Part shown: piece by piece, positions 36,814 to 47,077 of the stretch
How positions within the stretch are numbered: position 1 is the stretch's first letter
Layout of the letters: every line of letters starts with the position of its first letter
Assembly: GCA_965370495.1 (NCBI GenBank)
Contig: CBDUUV010000001.1
Location: forward strand, 1 to 56,366
Length of the DNA: 56,366 nucleotides
DNA from: an uncultured bacterium
Lineage (GTDB): Bacteria; Krumholzibacteriota; Krumholzibacteriia; Krumholzibacteriales; Krumholzibacteriaceae
Direction: 5' to 3'
Position numbers and translations under genes: made by a program
Notes under the pieces: generated by a model
Told to the model about the DNA's origin: nothing
The model's database searches: none
The model's input: the letters and a program-made list of their open reading frames with translations, nothing else

Positions 36814-38301
36814 GTGGGAGGAGAGATCTTGAGTCTTTTTTCATCGTGCGTAGTAGTTCTTGTCCTTTATCTCGGTGTATTGATCGCAATAGGGGTCTGG
36901 AGCGCGAGGCGTGCTTCATCGGCAGACGATTTTATCCTGGGAGGCCGTTCGATCGGGCCATGGGTAACCGCGCTTTCATTCATTGCCGTATATTTCAGTT
37001 CGGTGCTGATAATCGGTGGAGGCGCGTTCGGCTTCAAGTTCGGGATGGGGACTGTGTGGATCGGAGCTGTCAATGTTGTCGTCGGATGTACCCTGTGCTG
37101 GATCGTTCTCGGCAAGAGAGTTCGGCTCTTCACTGAGAGGATGGGTGTCAATACGATCTCGGGATTTTTTGCGAAAAGATACGATTCGCCATCGGCCGGT
37201 ATCTTTTCCGCGATGATCGTATTCATTTTCCTTATCATTTACAATGTCAGCGTGGTGAAGGGAATGGCTAATTCCTTCGAAGTGTTGATGGATGTTCCGT
37301 ACTGGGCAGGTGTGCTTATCTCGGGGATTGTCATCATATTCTATGTAGTGCTTGGAGGGTACAGGGCGGTTGTCTGGACCGGCCTGATACAGGCGTGGGT
37401 CATGATCTTCAGCTTGCTGCTCCTCACATTCCGCACGGTGGGCGCGGTAGGAGGATTAAGCTCCGGTATGCGGAAGCTTGCCGAAATCGGGCCGGAATAT
37501 GTCAATACTCCCGGCGTCTGGGGATGGGCCGGGCTTGTCAGCTTTTGTCTTGTGGTAAGCCTTGGCGTCTGGGGCATGCCCCAGCTCTTGATAAGGTTCT
37601 ATTCGATCAAGGACGAGAAGACCTTCAGGCTCGGGACAGTAATCGTTACGGTAGGCGCGGCAGTCGCCGTGCTTCCATATCTGAACGGGGCTTTTTCGAG
37701 AATCCTTATCCCGAACCTTCAGAACCCGGATCTCGCTATTCCATCCCTCTCAAGGCTGGTCCTGTCACCATGGGGAGCGGCAATACTGCTTGCCGGTGTT
37801 GTAGCGGCCGGTATGTCGACTTTTGCCGGCGTTCTTATCATCGTGTCCAGTTCGCTTGTAAGGGATGTCTACTGTAACGGCCTGAAAAAGCAGATAACCG
37901 GGCCCCGGGAAGTCAGGGCAAACAGGATCGTAAGCGCTTCGGTCGGCATTATCGCTTTGATTATCGCGCTCAAACCGCCCGCGCTTATTCTCGTGCTCAC
38001 CGGGTTTTCCTGGGCTGTGATCGCGTCGACCAACCTCTGGCCCCTTCTTTTCGGTCTCTACTGGAAAGGGGCGAGCAGGACAGGCGCTTTTGCGTCGATG
38101 ATCGCCGGATCGGCGACCGCTATCATATGGACATGGCTCGGCAAACCTTTCGGAATACATGGGTTTATCGCGGGGACAACGGTAAGTTTTGTTGTAATCC
38201 TTATTGTGAGCCTGGTAAAAAGATGGACTCCTCCGGCTGGGCATATAGAAAGGATCTGGGGTGAAGGCAAGGGCACCGGGGCCGGAAGCAAAGCCCTGTG
38301 A
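36814..38301 (+). CDS. Sodium:solute symporter (SSS) family transporter
   Basis: The protein has about 13 TM segments and the N-terminal motif DDFILGGRSIGPWVTALSFIAVYFS. The start is either GTG 36814 or, more likely, TTG 36829, which sits 5 nt after GGAGGAG. Confidence 0.85.
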   Translation: MGGEILSLFSSCVVVLVLYLGVLIAIGVWSARRASSADDFILGGRSIGPWVTALSFIAVYFSSVLIIGGGAFGFKFGMGTVWIGAVNVVVGCTLCWIVLGKRVRLFTERMGVNTISGFFAKRYDSPSAGIFSAMIVFIFLIIYNVSVVKGMANSFEVLMDVPYWAGVLISGIVIIFYVVLGGYRAVVWTGLIQAWVMIFSLLLLTFRTVGAVGGLSSGMRKLAEIGPEYVNTPGVWGWAGLVSFCLVVSLGVWGMPQLLIRFYSIKDEKTFRLGTVIVTVGAAVAVLPYLNGAFSRILIPNLQNPDLAIPSLSRLVLSPWGAAILLAGVVAAGMSTFAGVLIIVSSSLVRDVYCNGLKKQITGPREVRANRIVSASVGIIALIIALKPPALILVLTGFSWAVIASTNLWPLLFGLYWKGASRTGAFASMIAGSATAIIWTWLGKPFGIHGFIAGTTVSFVVILIVSLVKRWTPPAGHIERIWGEGKGTGAGSKAL

Positions 38302-38355
38302 TTATGAAAGCCACAGGGTATCCCCTCTGGCTGCCGATAAGAACTGGATAATCAG

Positions 38356-38386
38356 AGAAGGCCCCTCCGTAATAGAGGGGCCTTCT
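38356..38386. terminator. Strong GC hairpin between convergent genes (probable bidirectional terminator)
   Basis: AGAAGGCCCCTC-cgtaata-GAGGGGCCTTCT forms a perfect 12-bp stem. A second hairpin, CGGGC(a)TTCGT..ACGAAGCCCG, lies at about 38391..38427, nearer the tricorn stop. Neither has a long U-tract. Confidence 0.55.
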
Positions 38387-38447
38387 TATCGGGCATTCGT
38401 TGCTGCTCATTACGAAGCCCGAACGCGGTGTTGTAGGATCCCGCTGC

Positions 38448-41400
38448 TTAACCCTTGTCCGGATCTCTTTCGACCACTGGAAGAGCCGGGGGATTCTTCT
38501 CGATCTGTTCCATCAGGTACTCTATAGCTTTCTCCAGCTGGGGATCACGCCCCTCGACCACGAGATCGGGCCTGTTGTCGACCCTGATGTCAGGTTTGAC
38601 GCCGATTCTTTCGACATCGTACTCGCCTTCGAGGTTGACAAACCCGATTGAAGGCATCGTGATAATTCCGCCGTCCATCAGGGCAATATTTCTGTCATAA
38701 CCGACGAGGCCGCCCCATGTCGTCATACCGATCAGGGGGCCAAGTCCCGCCTGTCTGAAATAGTAGGGGAAAGCGTCTCCGCCGGAGCCGGCATATCCAT
38801 TAATCAAGCAGGCCAGGTGGCCCTTGACCGCTATCCCTGGTGTCTTGCCGGCCTTGTAATTACGGCGCGCGAACAGGTTTGTAAGTTTCGTGCCCAGCTT
38901 GTCGATGAAGAAATTGGGGAGCCAGCCTCCGCTGTTATAGCGGACATCGACGATTATCCCTTCCATATCGGTTTGTGGATAGAAATATTTACCAAACTCC
39001 ATCAGGCCCCGCACCGCGGTATCGGGAACGTGGAGATATCCGAGTTTGCCGCCGCTGGCCTTGAGGATTTTCTGCCGGTTGTCCTCTACCCACGCGGCGT
39101 ACCGGACATTCGTGTCGTTTGTGGAAGGTTCGACAGTGATTTCTCTTGCGTCACTGCCGGATGGATCAGCGCTGACCTTGATAAGGATCTGGTGGCCTGC
39201 CGTGTTCTCCAGGAGGGAATGAGGATTTTCGGGGTAAACGAGTTCGTGCCCGTTTATCGACAGCAGGTAGTCGCCTTCATTGACGTCGATACCGGGCAGC
39301 GCGAGCGGAGAAATGAAATTGCTGTCCCAGTTTCTGCCGGGGTAGATCCTGCTGAACTTGTAACGGCCGCTGTCTTTGTCGATGCTGAAATCGCAGCCGA
39401 GATATCCTCCTTTGACCCTCGGAGCCCTTGGCCCTGTTGTTGCCCCGCCATATACATAGGCGTGGCCGACATTCAGTTCGGCCTGCATCTCGCCAATGAT
39501 ATAGGTGAGGTCGTTTCTGCTGGTCAGGTAGGGCAGGAAGACTTCGTACCGTTTCCTGATCTTGTTCCAGTTGACCCCGTGCATGTTGTCGACATAGAAG
39601 AAATCCCTTTCCAGCCTCCATGCTTCGTAGAATATCTGTTTCCACTCTTCGGCTGGGTCAACCAGCATGCGCAGGTCTGTGCTCAGGGAGTTATCGCTGA
39701 TTTTCTGGCCAGGGGCGACATCTATGATGCCGTACGAACCCATGGCGCTGACGATTATCTTTGAGCCGTCCGACGATAGCTCGTAGTTATTTATTCCGCT
39801 GATGATAGTCTTCGACTCGCGTTCTTTCAGATCGAAGTATTTGAGCGCTCCGGTGACCGGACTGGCGCCAATAGAGATCACCCGCGCGTTCATCGGGAGT
39901 TCCCCATAGATGATCTTGTCTGATACGGCGCTGAGCCCCATGAAATTGCCGGAACCGATTGGAAGGGATACTATCCTGTCTCCAAGCCCTTCGATATCGA
40001 TCTTCAGCTCCTCATCTTCTTTTTCTTCTTCATCATTTTTCTTGTCTTTGTCCTCGTCCTTTTTTTCCTTTTCTCCGTTGTCTTTATCGCCGTTTTCTTT
40101 TTCCTCTTTTACCTCGATTTCGTCACTTTCCGGGGCAAGAGGCGAAGGTGTATCGGCGGCGAGAGTGAGAACACAGATGTTGGTGGGCGAGACGAAATCA
40201 AAATTCATTTCGAAAGTATGAAACTTGATGTTGATCGTACGGTCCGAAAGGAAATAGAGGTATTTTCCATCCGGGTCGAATACGGGAGAATAGTCGTTGT
40301 AGAGGCCGATAGTCACCTTGTGCGTCTCGTCTTTTTTCACATTGTACAGGTAGAGCGACCTGAAACCGTTATCTGCGACTTTCGAATAGGTTAGCCACTT
40401 GCTGTCTGACGACCAGTTATAGTCTCCAAGGTCACGCCATTCGTCCCGGTCGACCTCCACGGTTTTTTTCGAATCGATATCGATGTAATAGAGGCTGCCG
40501 GTCTGATCGAACCAGGAAACCTTTTTGCTGTCGGGCGACCACTTGATGGAGAACGGGAACTCACCCATTCCCGACGTGATTTTTTCCTCTTCTTCAGAGC
40601 CGTCGGGTTTGGTGATGTAGAGCTCATACTCGCCTGTCCCGTCGGAGAGGTAAGCAACCTGGTTTCCGTCTGGAGAAAATGCGGGGCTGCGTTCGCGAAT
40701 TTCTCTTGTTTGAGTCAGGTTGCGTACCTCTCCTTTTTCCGCGGGTACGGTAAAGATGTCGCCCCTGGCACCGAACACGGCCCGTTTGCCGGAAGACGAT
40801 ATATTGAAAGAACGGATCATCTTGCCGGCGCTGGTGTACGCGGGCCTTTTCAGGTTGTGTTCAGAACGGGCGATTATATCCAGTTTCTCTGTTTTTTCTG
40901 TTTTGAGGTCGAGAACGTATAGCAACCCGGCGTTCTCGTATACGATCCTGTCGCCGCCAAGACTGGGCCATTTGACATCATATTTTTTGTGATTTGTTAT
41001 CTTTCTGGTCTTTTTTGTTTCGAGGTCGCAGCAGAAGATATTCATCGTATAATCACGGTCTGAGATGAAATAGATACTCTTTCCGTACCACATCGGGAAG
41101 GCGTCCGTTCCATCATAATCTGTCAGCTTCTCGGCGGTGTTATTATCGAAGTCATAGATCCAGACATTCTGTTCCATACCGCCTCGATACCGTTTCCATG
41201 TTCTGAATTCCCTTGCCATCCTGTTATAGGCGATCTTCTTTCCGTCCGGTGAATACGATGTAAGTTCACCCTCGAAGAGAGGGAGAACCTCGGGGTAGCC
41301 ACCATCGGAATCTATAGTATAGAGCCTCATGTAACGGGGCCCCGGGTTTGTCATTGCGTCCTTGTTGCTTCGGAAAAGAATCTTTTTTCCTGAAGGGTGC

Positions 41401-41747
41401 CAGTCGAGGACCATGTCTACCTTTGGGTGGTATGTAAGCCTTTTCGGCACGCCGCCCTCGGTTGGGATAGTGTAAACGTCGAAGTTTCCGTCATATCCGG
41501 CAGAGAATGCGATCGTCTTTCCATCAGGAGAGAATTTCGCAAAAGCCTCGCCTTCGATATGTGTCGTTAACCGGGAAGCTGCTCCGCCTGATGATGAAAC
41601 CAGCCAGAGGTCTCCTCCATATGAGAAGATGATATTGTCCCCGTGAATATCGGGGCGGCGCATGAGGCGGCTCTCCACGGCGGCGTTCAACGTGCCTGCC
41701 GCAAGAAGAACGACCAGTACCAGAGCCAGTATTACTCTTTTGTCCAT
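38448..41747 (-). CDS. Tricorn-protease-like S41 peptidase (beta-propellers, PDZ and S41 catalytic domain)
   Basis: The signal peptide is MDKRVILALVLVVLLAAGTLNA. The tricorn-like N-terminus reads RRPDIHGDNIIFSYGGDLWLV..FSPDGKTIAFSAGYDGNFDVY. TolB-like repeats follow, and the C-terminal S41 region has INGYAGSGGDAF. A GGAAGGAA RBS precedes the ATG at 41747. The ORF is open to 41858. Confidence 0.8.
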   Translation of the reverse strand: MDKRVILALVLVVLLAAGTLNAAVESRLMRRPDIHGDNIIFSYGGDLWLVSSSGGAASRLTTHIEGEAFAKFSPDGKTIAFSAGYDGNFDVYTIPTEGGVPKRLTYHPKVDMVLDWHPSGKKILFRSNKDAMTNPGPRYMRLYTIDSDGGYPEVLPLFEGELTSYSPDGKKIAYNRMAREFRTWKRYRGGMEQNVWIYDFDNNTAEKLTDYDGTDAFPMWYGKSIYFISDRDYTMNIFCCDLETKKTRKITNHKKYDVKWPSLGGDRIVYENAGLLYVLDLKTEKTEKLDIIARSEHNLKRPAYTSAGKMIRSFNISSSGKRAVFGARGDIFTVPAEKGEVRNLTQTREIRERSPAFSPDGNQVAYLSDGTGEYELYITKPDGSEEEEKITSGMGEFPFSIKWSPDSKKVSWFDQTGSLYYIDIDSKKTVEVDRDEWRDLGDYNWSSDSKWLTYSKVADNGFRSLYLYNVKKDETHKVTIGLYNDYSPVFDPDGKYLYFLSDRTINIKFHTFEMNFDFVSPTNICVLTLAADTPSPLAPESDEIEVKEEKENGDKDNGEKEKKDEDKDKKNDEEEKEDEELKIDIEGLGDRIVSLPIGSGNFMGLSAVSDKIIYGELPMNARVISIGASPVTGALKYFDLKERESKTIISGINNYELSSDGSKIIVSAMGSYGIIDVAPGQKISDNSLSTDLRMLVDPAEEWKQIFYEAWRLERDFFYVDNMHGVNWNKIRKRYEVFLPYLTSRNDLTYIIGEMQAELNVGHAYVYGGATTGPRAPRVKGGYLGCDFSIDKDSGRYKFSRIYPGRNWDSNFISPLALPGIDVNEGDYLLSINGHELVYPENPHSLLENTAGHQILIKVSADPSGSDAREITVEPSTNDTNVRYAAWVEDNRQKILKASGGKLGYLHVPDTAVRGLMEFGKYFYPQTDMEGIIVDVRYNSGGWLPNFFIDKLGTKLTNLFARRNYKAGKTPGIAVKGHLACLINGYAGSGGDAFPYYFRQAGLGPLIGMTTWGGLVGYDRNIALMDGGIITMPSIGFVNLEGEYDVERIGVKPDIRVDNRPDLVVEGRDPQLEKAIEYLMEQIEKNPPALPVVERDPDKG

Positions 41748-41908
41748 TAAAGGTTTCCTTCCAGGGGGGTTGGGTTTATGCGTCCTGAAACAGCAAAGGA
41801 CACTCGCGTGTCTGTAATAGTTGATACGACCGGGCCGCAGGAAAGTTTCAAAAAACATTTCCCGCGCTATGTTTTTCAGGAAAATCCACTCTGTCCTTTT
41901 CCGAGAAA

Positions 41909-42886
41909 TCAGGGGTGAACCTGTGGGGTGGGCTTTGCGGGATCCTTTTCAGCAAGATCTTCGAGTTCTTTCATGATCTGATCAGCTCTCCAGCCCGGGA
42001 GCAGAAATGGAAATTCACTCTGAGACGATATCGCGGGATATTTGTCATCGACAATCCCGAAGATCGATAGTGTTTCTACTTCTGTTCCCCGTATCATAAC
42101 GGTATACAGGGGGACACTGAAATCTTCCTTTTTTCTGCCATCTATAAAGGTATCGCATTTGAGAGCTGCCAGTACGGAGATCATCCGGGTCACAGCCCCG
42201 TCATCCAGCACGATGCCGTCTTCAGTCTGCCACCGCAGAGCCAGGGGTGCCGGTATCCCTTCGTCATCGCCGCTCGAAATGGATATCGCGGTTTCTTCGA
42301 TTTTGACAAGACGAAGCGAGCCCTTTTCGCTCATTATCTCGATATTGGTTATTTCGTCGCTGTTGAAAGTCAGGACGGCTTTGTCCCTCAATCTGTCCAT
42401 ATCGGTTTCAAAAACGTTCCTGAGGTTTCCCGTGGCCTGGTATACGCCGGGAGCACCTTCCAGTCTGACAAAAGTATGCCGGCGGGTCGATGCCACCTTG
42501 CCGATATCGAAGGCCAGGACCACGTCAGCTCTTGAATAGACTTCGAGTTTTATTCTCTTGTCGTCTTCGAGGTCATATATCGCGTAATTCTCCGATTCAG
42601 CCACCAGGGTTGTAATCGAAAATCCGGTTATCGCGTCGATCATTCTCCCTACCGGAGACTTGTCAGCCCTGTATCCCTCGGGTTCGATCATCCACACATC
42701 GTCAAAGCGCTCAAGGATAATCGTACCGCCGGACGTGGAAAAGACCAGCTTGCTTATATCTTCTCCGGCAGGCGCCTGGACTTCGGGGAGCTGATAGTGC
42801 GTCCTGTCTGTATTCTTCGAGACCAGGTAAAATGACAGAGCGGCTATGATCACGGCCAGGGCTATATATTCTTTCTTGATCTTCAT
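41909..42886 (-). CDS. DUF4340-domain protein (accessory to the GldG-type ABC system)
   Basis: There is an N-terminal TM anchor. Its position directly after the GldG-like gene is the usual ABC/GldG/DUF4340 operon order. Confidence 0.6.
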   Translation of the reverse strand: MKIKKEYIALAVIIAALSFYLVSKNTDRTHYQLPEVQAPAGEDISKLVFSTSGGTIILERFDDVWMIEPEGYRADKSPVGRMIDAITGFSITTLVAESENYAIYDLEDDKRIKLEVYSRADVVLAFDIGKVASTRRHTFVRLEGAPGVYQATGNLRNVFETDMDRLRDKAVLTFNSDEITNIEIMSEKGSLRLVKIEETAISISSGDDEGIPAPLALRWQTEDGIVLDDGAVTRMISVLAALKCDTFIDGRKKEDFSVPLYTVMIRGTEVETLSIFGIVDDKYPAISSQSEFPFLLPGWRADQIMKELEDLAEKDPAKPTPQVHP

Positions 42887-42902
42887 TTGCCTTCCTCCGA
42901 AA

Positions 42903-45146
42903 TCACTTTTTAAACATCATTTGTATCATGCGTTTTCTTGATTTTCTTCTGAACCAGACAGCCGCGCCCAAGAGCGATACGAGAACAGGAAGCCCGGCGA
43001 TATTGAAGCTTTTTGTAAAAGTTTTTACGCCACCTGATGTTTCCTTCAGCGGATTGTACTGCTGCATCTTGCTTCTCATCGAAGCATATTCATCACGGCT
43101 GTTGAGATGGTCCAGGATATTCAACACAAACGTGGCGTTAGTCGATTTGCCGGATTCGTCAAGAGCATTGTTTCCGAGAAGCGCCGCGGAACCTATCAGG
43201 AACAGCCTGCCCGGTTTCCCTTTTCTGATAAATGCTCCCGCGTCCGATATATCCTCTGCAGGTGTCTGAGATGATATTCGTGTCTCCGATGGTGTTTGTG
43301 TTTCCAGTGATATTTCTGCTTCGGGGGTGACGCCCTCTTTTTCGCCGCCCTCTTCCGGATTGTCCTGTGGCTTTTCGGGTATTCCCTTCTCGGCGAAATA
43401 ACTGGGGAATTCACCACTGATCACGACAGCCATAGGTATATTTCGCATCTCGTCCGGGTTGTCGGGTGGCCGCATGAACACGGGGTTCAAATCGATTTTT
43501 CCGCTCATCTCCCACGATTTGTCGGATGAAGAAAAAAGAAGCGTCCCTTCAAGGCCATTCGATGCCAGCCTGTCTTTTTTCATTTCGACAGGCGAGGACA
43601 TGATAGAGATCAACGCCTTGATATTTTTCATGAACGGTACCCTGTTATTTATATTTTCATTCTTTATTATCGGCGCGAAGTAGATCGGCTGTTTCCCTCC
43701 ACCGTACATCGGGGGCAGTTTCTGTTCAAAACAGTTCGTATCGAGTATATACGATTTTTTTGTTTCAACGCCGTAATGGGCAAGCAATTTTTCAAGTCCG
43801 GTATTGATCGGCCGGAAGATGGGTCCCTGGTTGTAATTCATCTGTCTCTGGTTTGGCCCGGGGTCTATCTGCTCGAACGGATCCAGGAAAAGAGCAAGCG
43901 ATTTGCCCTTCATCAGGAACTGGTCGATCTGGAAAAGCTCGTAATCGTTGAATCGTGTTTTCGGGCCGGCTATAATCAGGCAATCGATTCCGTCTGGAAT
44001 CCCGTCTCCTCCCAGATCGACATCGCTTACCGAGTAATCCATCGAGATAAGCCTGTTGAAATTTGAAAGGGCTTCCTGCTGCGGTGGCTGACCGGGTCGT
44101 TGCGCGGAAGCGAGGGGGATTGTGCCATTACTGGAGAGATAACCGATCTTCTTGTTGATATCGAGAACATCATCGATGATCTCGGAGAGTTTTTCCGGCA
44201 TCTGGTTCATGTCCGCCATCTGGTACTGCGTGCCAAAGAGCGATCTGAATACATTGATCAGCGGTATCGAAACGTATGTGCCGCCTTTTTCGACTACTAT
44301 TCCCGCCGATCCGTGTCGATCTGTTGCCGCGCCGTTTCCGGAACCAGCGGCCGCCTTCCATCTCAGGGTAAGGACATCGTAGTGGGTTACCTGCTTTTCC
44401 AGCGAGGTATCGATCGAGGGATCATGGAGAGAAAAAGCAAGCCTGCCGTAATATTTCTTGTTGAGCTCCCCTACGATTGTCTCCATTTTTGCCGGAATAT
44501 GATCGATATTCGCGATCCTCAGACGGGCCTTGATCGCGTCAAGCGAAGTCGACAAAAACAGCTTGATACTTACCGGTTCTTCCAGATTGAGCAGTACGCT
44601 GATCTTGTTGTTCATCTTTTCGATTTTGGATGTAATGGTATATTCGAGTCCCTCGGTGGTTGTTATCGACGGGATTTTGTCTATTACGTCACCGTGGATT
44701 ATGACCATCCCCATATACGCTTTTTTGAACTTTACCTCGTCCTGTTCGATGTTCTGGATCTGGACGGGATATATCCCATAGTCCATTGCAAGTTGTTGAT
44801 TCTTTTTCGCTTTTTCGCTGATATCACCTTCATCAGCGCTTACATCGTAGAAGCGATAATTGAAATACCTGTTCGAATGGGCTGAATATTCCTCGAGAAG
44901 GTCGTGTAGATAACGCTCCGTGTTGTTGTGCGGGGCCGGCAGGTCTTTTGTGAAAAAGACGTTGATTGTGAGTGGTTCCGAGAGCGTCGCCACTGTTTCC
45001 TTGCTCGCCCTGGACAGCGAATACAATCCATTTGACGTAAGGTCGATCCTGAAAAAATTCGCACCCCCCGCAATATTGACAAGAACAATGACTACAAGGT
45101 AAGCCAGGAACTTGTAATACTTTACATATCGATTTCCTGATGTCAT
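42903..45146 (-). CDS. gldG: GldG-family ABC-transporter auxiliary protein
   Basis: TM anchors are present at both the N- and C-termini, around a large periplasmic part (YSLSRASKETVATLSEPLTINVFFT). The gene follows an ABC-2 permease. An AGGGGGG RBS precedes the ATG at 45146. Confidence 0.7.
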   Translation of the reverse strand: MTSGNRYVKYYKFLAYLVVIVLVNIAGGANFFRIDLTSNGLYSLSRASKETVATLSEPLTINVFFTKDLPAPHNNTERYLHDLLEEYSAHSNRYFNYRFYDVSADEGDISEKAKKNQQLAMDYGIYPVQIQNIEQDEVKFKKAYMGMVIIHGDVIDKIPSITTTEGLEYTITSKIEKMNNKISVLLNLEEPVSIKLFLSTSLDAIKARLRIANIDHIPAKMETIVGELNKKYYGRLAFSLHDPSIDTSLEKQVTHYDVLTLRWKAAAGSGNGAATDRHGSAGIVVEKGGTYVSIPLINVFRSLFGTQYQMADMNQMPEKLSEIIDDVLDINKKIGYLSSNGTIPLASAQRPGQPPQQEALSNFNRLISMDYSVSDVDLGGDGIPDGIDCLIIAGPKTRFNDYELFQIDQFLMKGKSLALFLDPFEQIDPGPNQRQMNYNQGPIFRPINTGLEKLLAHYGVETKKSYILDTNCFEQKLPPMYGGGKQPIYFAPIIKNENINNRVPFMKNIKALISIMSSPVEMKKDRLASNGLEGTLLFSSSDKSWEMSGKIDLNPVFMRPPDNPDEMRNIPMAVVISGEFPSYFAEKGIPEKPQDNPEEGGEKEGVTPEAEISLETQTPSETRISSQTPAEDISDAGAFIRKGKPGRLFLIGSAALLGNNALDESGKSTNATFVLNILDHLNSRDEYASMRSKMQQYNPLKETSGGVKTFTKSFNIAGLPVLVSLLGAAVWFRRKSRKRMIQMMFKK

Positions 45147-45159
45147 ACTGCGTGCCCCC

Positions 45160-45873
45160 CTACTTCTTTTCCTCGACAACCAGATGCGCTCCATACAGAG
45201 CGATAAATATCAGGCTGGCGAAATACAGTAAATCTCTGGAATCCAGGACACCCCTGGCGACATTCTGAAAATGATACCCTGCTCCCACATACTGAAAGAA
45301 ACCGAGCATCGATTCAGGAAGGAAAAAGAGCAGCTTGTCAATAAGCGTCAGAGTGACGCAGATTATCATGCCGACGATAAAAGCTATAATCTGGTTCCTC
45401 GTCAGCGAAGAGGCGAAGATCCCAATCGCGCTGAATGCTCCACCCAGTAGAATCGAGCCGAGATAGCCGCCTGCGACCGGTCCCCAGTCAAGGTCACCGA
45501 GAAAAGCTATGAAAATGGTATAGCTCAATGTCGGCGCCATCATTATGGCAACGAACGTCACGGCGGCAAGAAACTTGCCGGCGATGATCTCTGTGAAGGT
45601 AACAGGAAGAGTGGCAAGGATCTCATATGATCCTGTGTTGAATTCTTCCGAAAAAAGCCTCATCGTCACCGTTGGAATGATGAATGAAAAGACTATGGGA
45701 AGAAGGGAAAAGAAATCCCTCATCTGGGTCTGGTTGTAGAGAAAAAATGTGGAGAAGAAAAACCAGCCAGTCAGGACAAGGAAGATGGAGATCACGATAT
45801 ATGCTATCGGGGATACAAAATATACCCTGAACTCCCTCTTGAATATGTGCGCAAGAATACCGGCCCTCAGCAT
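45160..45873 (-). CDS. ABC-2 type transporter permease (GldF-like)
   Basis: The 237-aa product has 6 TM segments and is tightly packed with the ATPase, with a 2-nt gap. Confidence 0.75.
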   Translation of the reverse strand: MLRAGILAHIFKREFRVYFVSPIAYIVISIFLVLTGWFFFSTFFLYNQTQMRDFFSLLPIVFSFIIPTVTMRLFSEEFNTGSYEILATLPVTFTEIIAGKFLAAVTFVAIMMAPTLSYTIFIAFLGDLDWGPVAGGYLGSILLGGAFSAIGIFASSLTRNQIIAFIVGMIICVTLTLIDKLLFFLPESMLGFFQYVGAGYHFQNVARGVLDSRDLLYFASLIFIALYGAHLVVEEKK

Positions 45874-45875
45874 TT

Positions 45876-46811
45876 TCAGTTCTCCTTTGTCAGTTCTCTG
45901 AATATCTTTTCGAAACTCCTGGATTCCTGGCTGTACTCGAGCAGTAACCAGTCTGTTTCTTTTATCTTCAGGTATATTTCACTCCTGATATCTCTGTCCG
46001 TGTCGCAATCCAGACTGAACGACACTGCGCCATTGGTATCATTTCCGGTATTGACCGCCTTGACGCCATCGACGGATGACAGGAGTTTCCTGACAGCTTC
46101 ATCTGCTGCGCCAGTGATGACCAGGTTTAAGGTATAACCGGACGCCGAGGAACGCTTCAACTCGTCTGTGCTGCCGTCCGCGACGATTCTGCCGCGGTTG
46201 ATAATAACGACCCTGTCACATGTCGCTTCGACTTCACTCAGGATATGCGTGGACAGGATAACGGTCTTTTCCTTTCCGATCTTCTTGATGATGTTGCGTA
46301 TCTCGGCGATCTGATTGGGATCAAGGCCGGATGTCGGCTCATCAAGAATCAGGATCTCGGGGTCGCTCATCATGGCGTGCGCGAGCCCGACTCTTTGTTT
46401 GTATCCCTTGGAAAGTTCGTGCATCGTACGATGCATCACTTCTCTGAGCCCGCAAATATCCGCAAGTTCCTTAATCTTTCTGTTTCGGGCATTGTTATCC
46501 AGCCCGTGTATTTCAGCGATATAGACCAGGTAGTCATATATGATCATATCATGATACAGGGGCGCGGATTCGGGAAGATACCCTATCATCTTTTTGATCT
46601 CGAGTGCATTATCAGCGACTGATACCCCCGCGGCAGTAACAGTGCCGGAAGTGGGGGAAAGAAAACCTGTCAGGATTCGCATCGCTGTTGTCTTGCCTGC
46701 GCCGTTTGGGCCCAGAAGCCCGAGGATACTACCCTTTTCAATCGTAAGATCGATATGATCGAGGGCGCAAACATCGCCATAATATTTTGTTAAGCCAGTT
46801 ATCTCGATCAC
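45876..46811 (-). CDS. ABC transporter ATP-binding protein (GldA-like)
   Basis: Walker A is GPNGAGKTT, the signature is LSKGYKQRV and Walker B is ILILDEPTSGLD. A GTG start is preceded by an AAAGGAG RBS. Confidence 0.9.
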   Translation of the reverse strand: MIEITGLTKYYGDVCALDHIDLTIEKGSILGLLGPNGAGKTTAMRILTGFLSPTSGTVTAAGVSVADNALEIKKMIGYLPESAPLYHDMIIYDYLVYIAEIHGLDNNARNRKIKELADICGLREVMHRTMHELSKGYKQRVGLAHAMMSDPEILILDEPTSGLDPNQIAEIRNIIKKIGKEKTVILSTHILSEVEATCDRVVIINRGRIVADGSTDELKRSSASGYTLNLVITGAADEAVRKLLSSVDGVKAVNTGNDTNGAVSFSLDCDTDRDIRSEIYLKIKETDWLLLEYSQESRSFEKIFRELTKEN

Positions 46812-47077
46812 AGACGGCTCCTTTCAAATCTATCTGTCAACAATCGGGCCAGGAAAAAAGCGGCATCTCTCAAGCAGCGGCCGCGCTGCAATCGGATACC
46901 TGCCACAGCAGTCCTGAATTATACGAGGGAAAGCTAAAATAATTCCTGTTGTACGTCAATAAAATATTTTTTTCAGGTTTTTATCGTTTGGTCGGGCCTG
47001 GTTGTTCAAAACCTGCCCGATCCCCGCGCGTTGTTCGTGGGGCTTTATCATGACTCTCCAGAGGCCCCCGTCACGCG

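Noticed and set aside
39910-40221. A Ser/Phe/Leu-rich plus-strand ORF, and an apparent DNA-level low-complexity repeat.
   Set aside because: It mirrors the Lys/Glu/Asp-rich linker of the tricorn-like protease on the other strand. It is not a tandem repeat with a defined unit and is not a CRISPR-like array.
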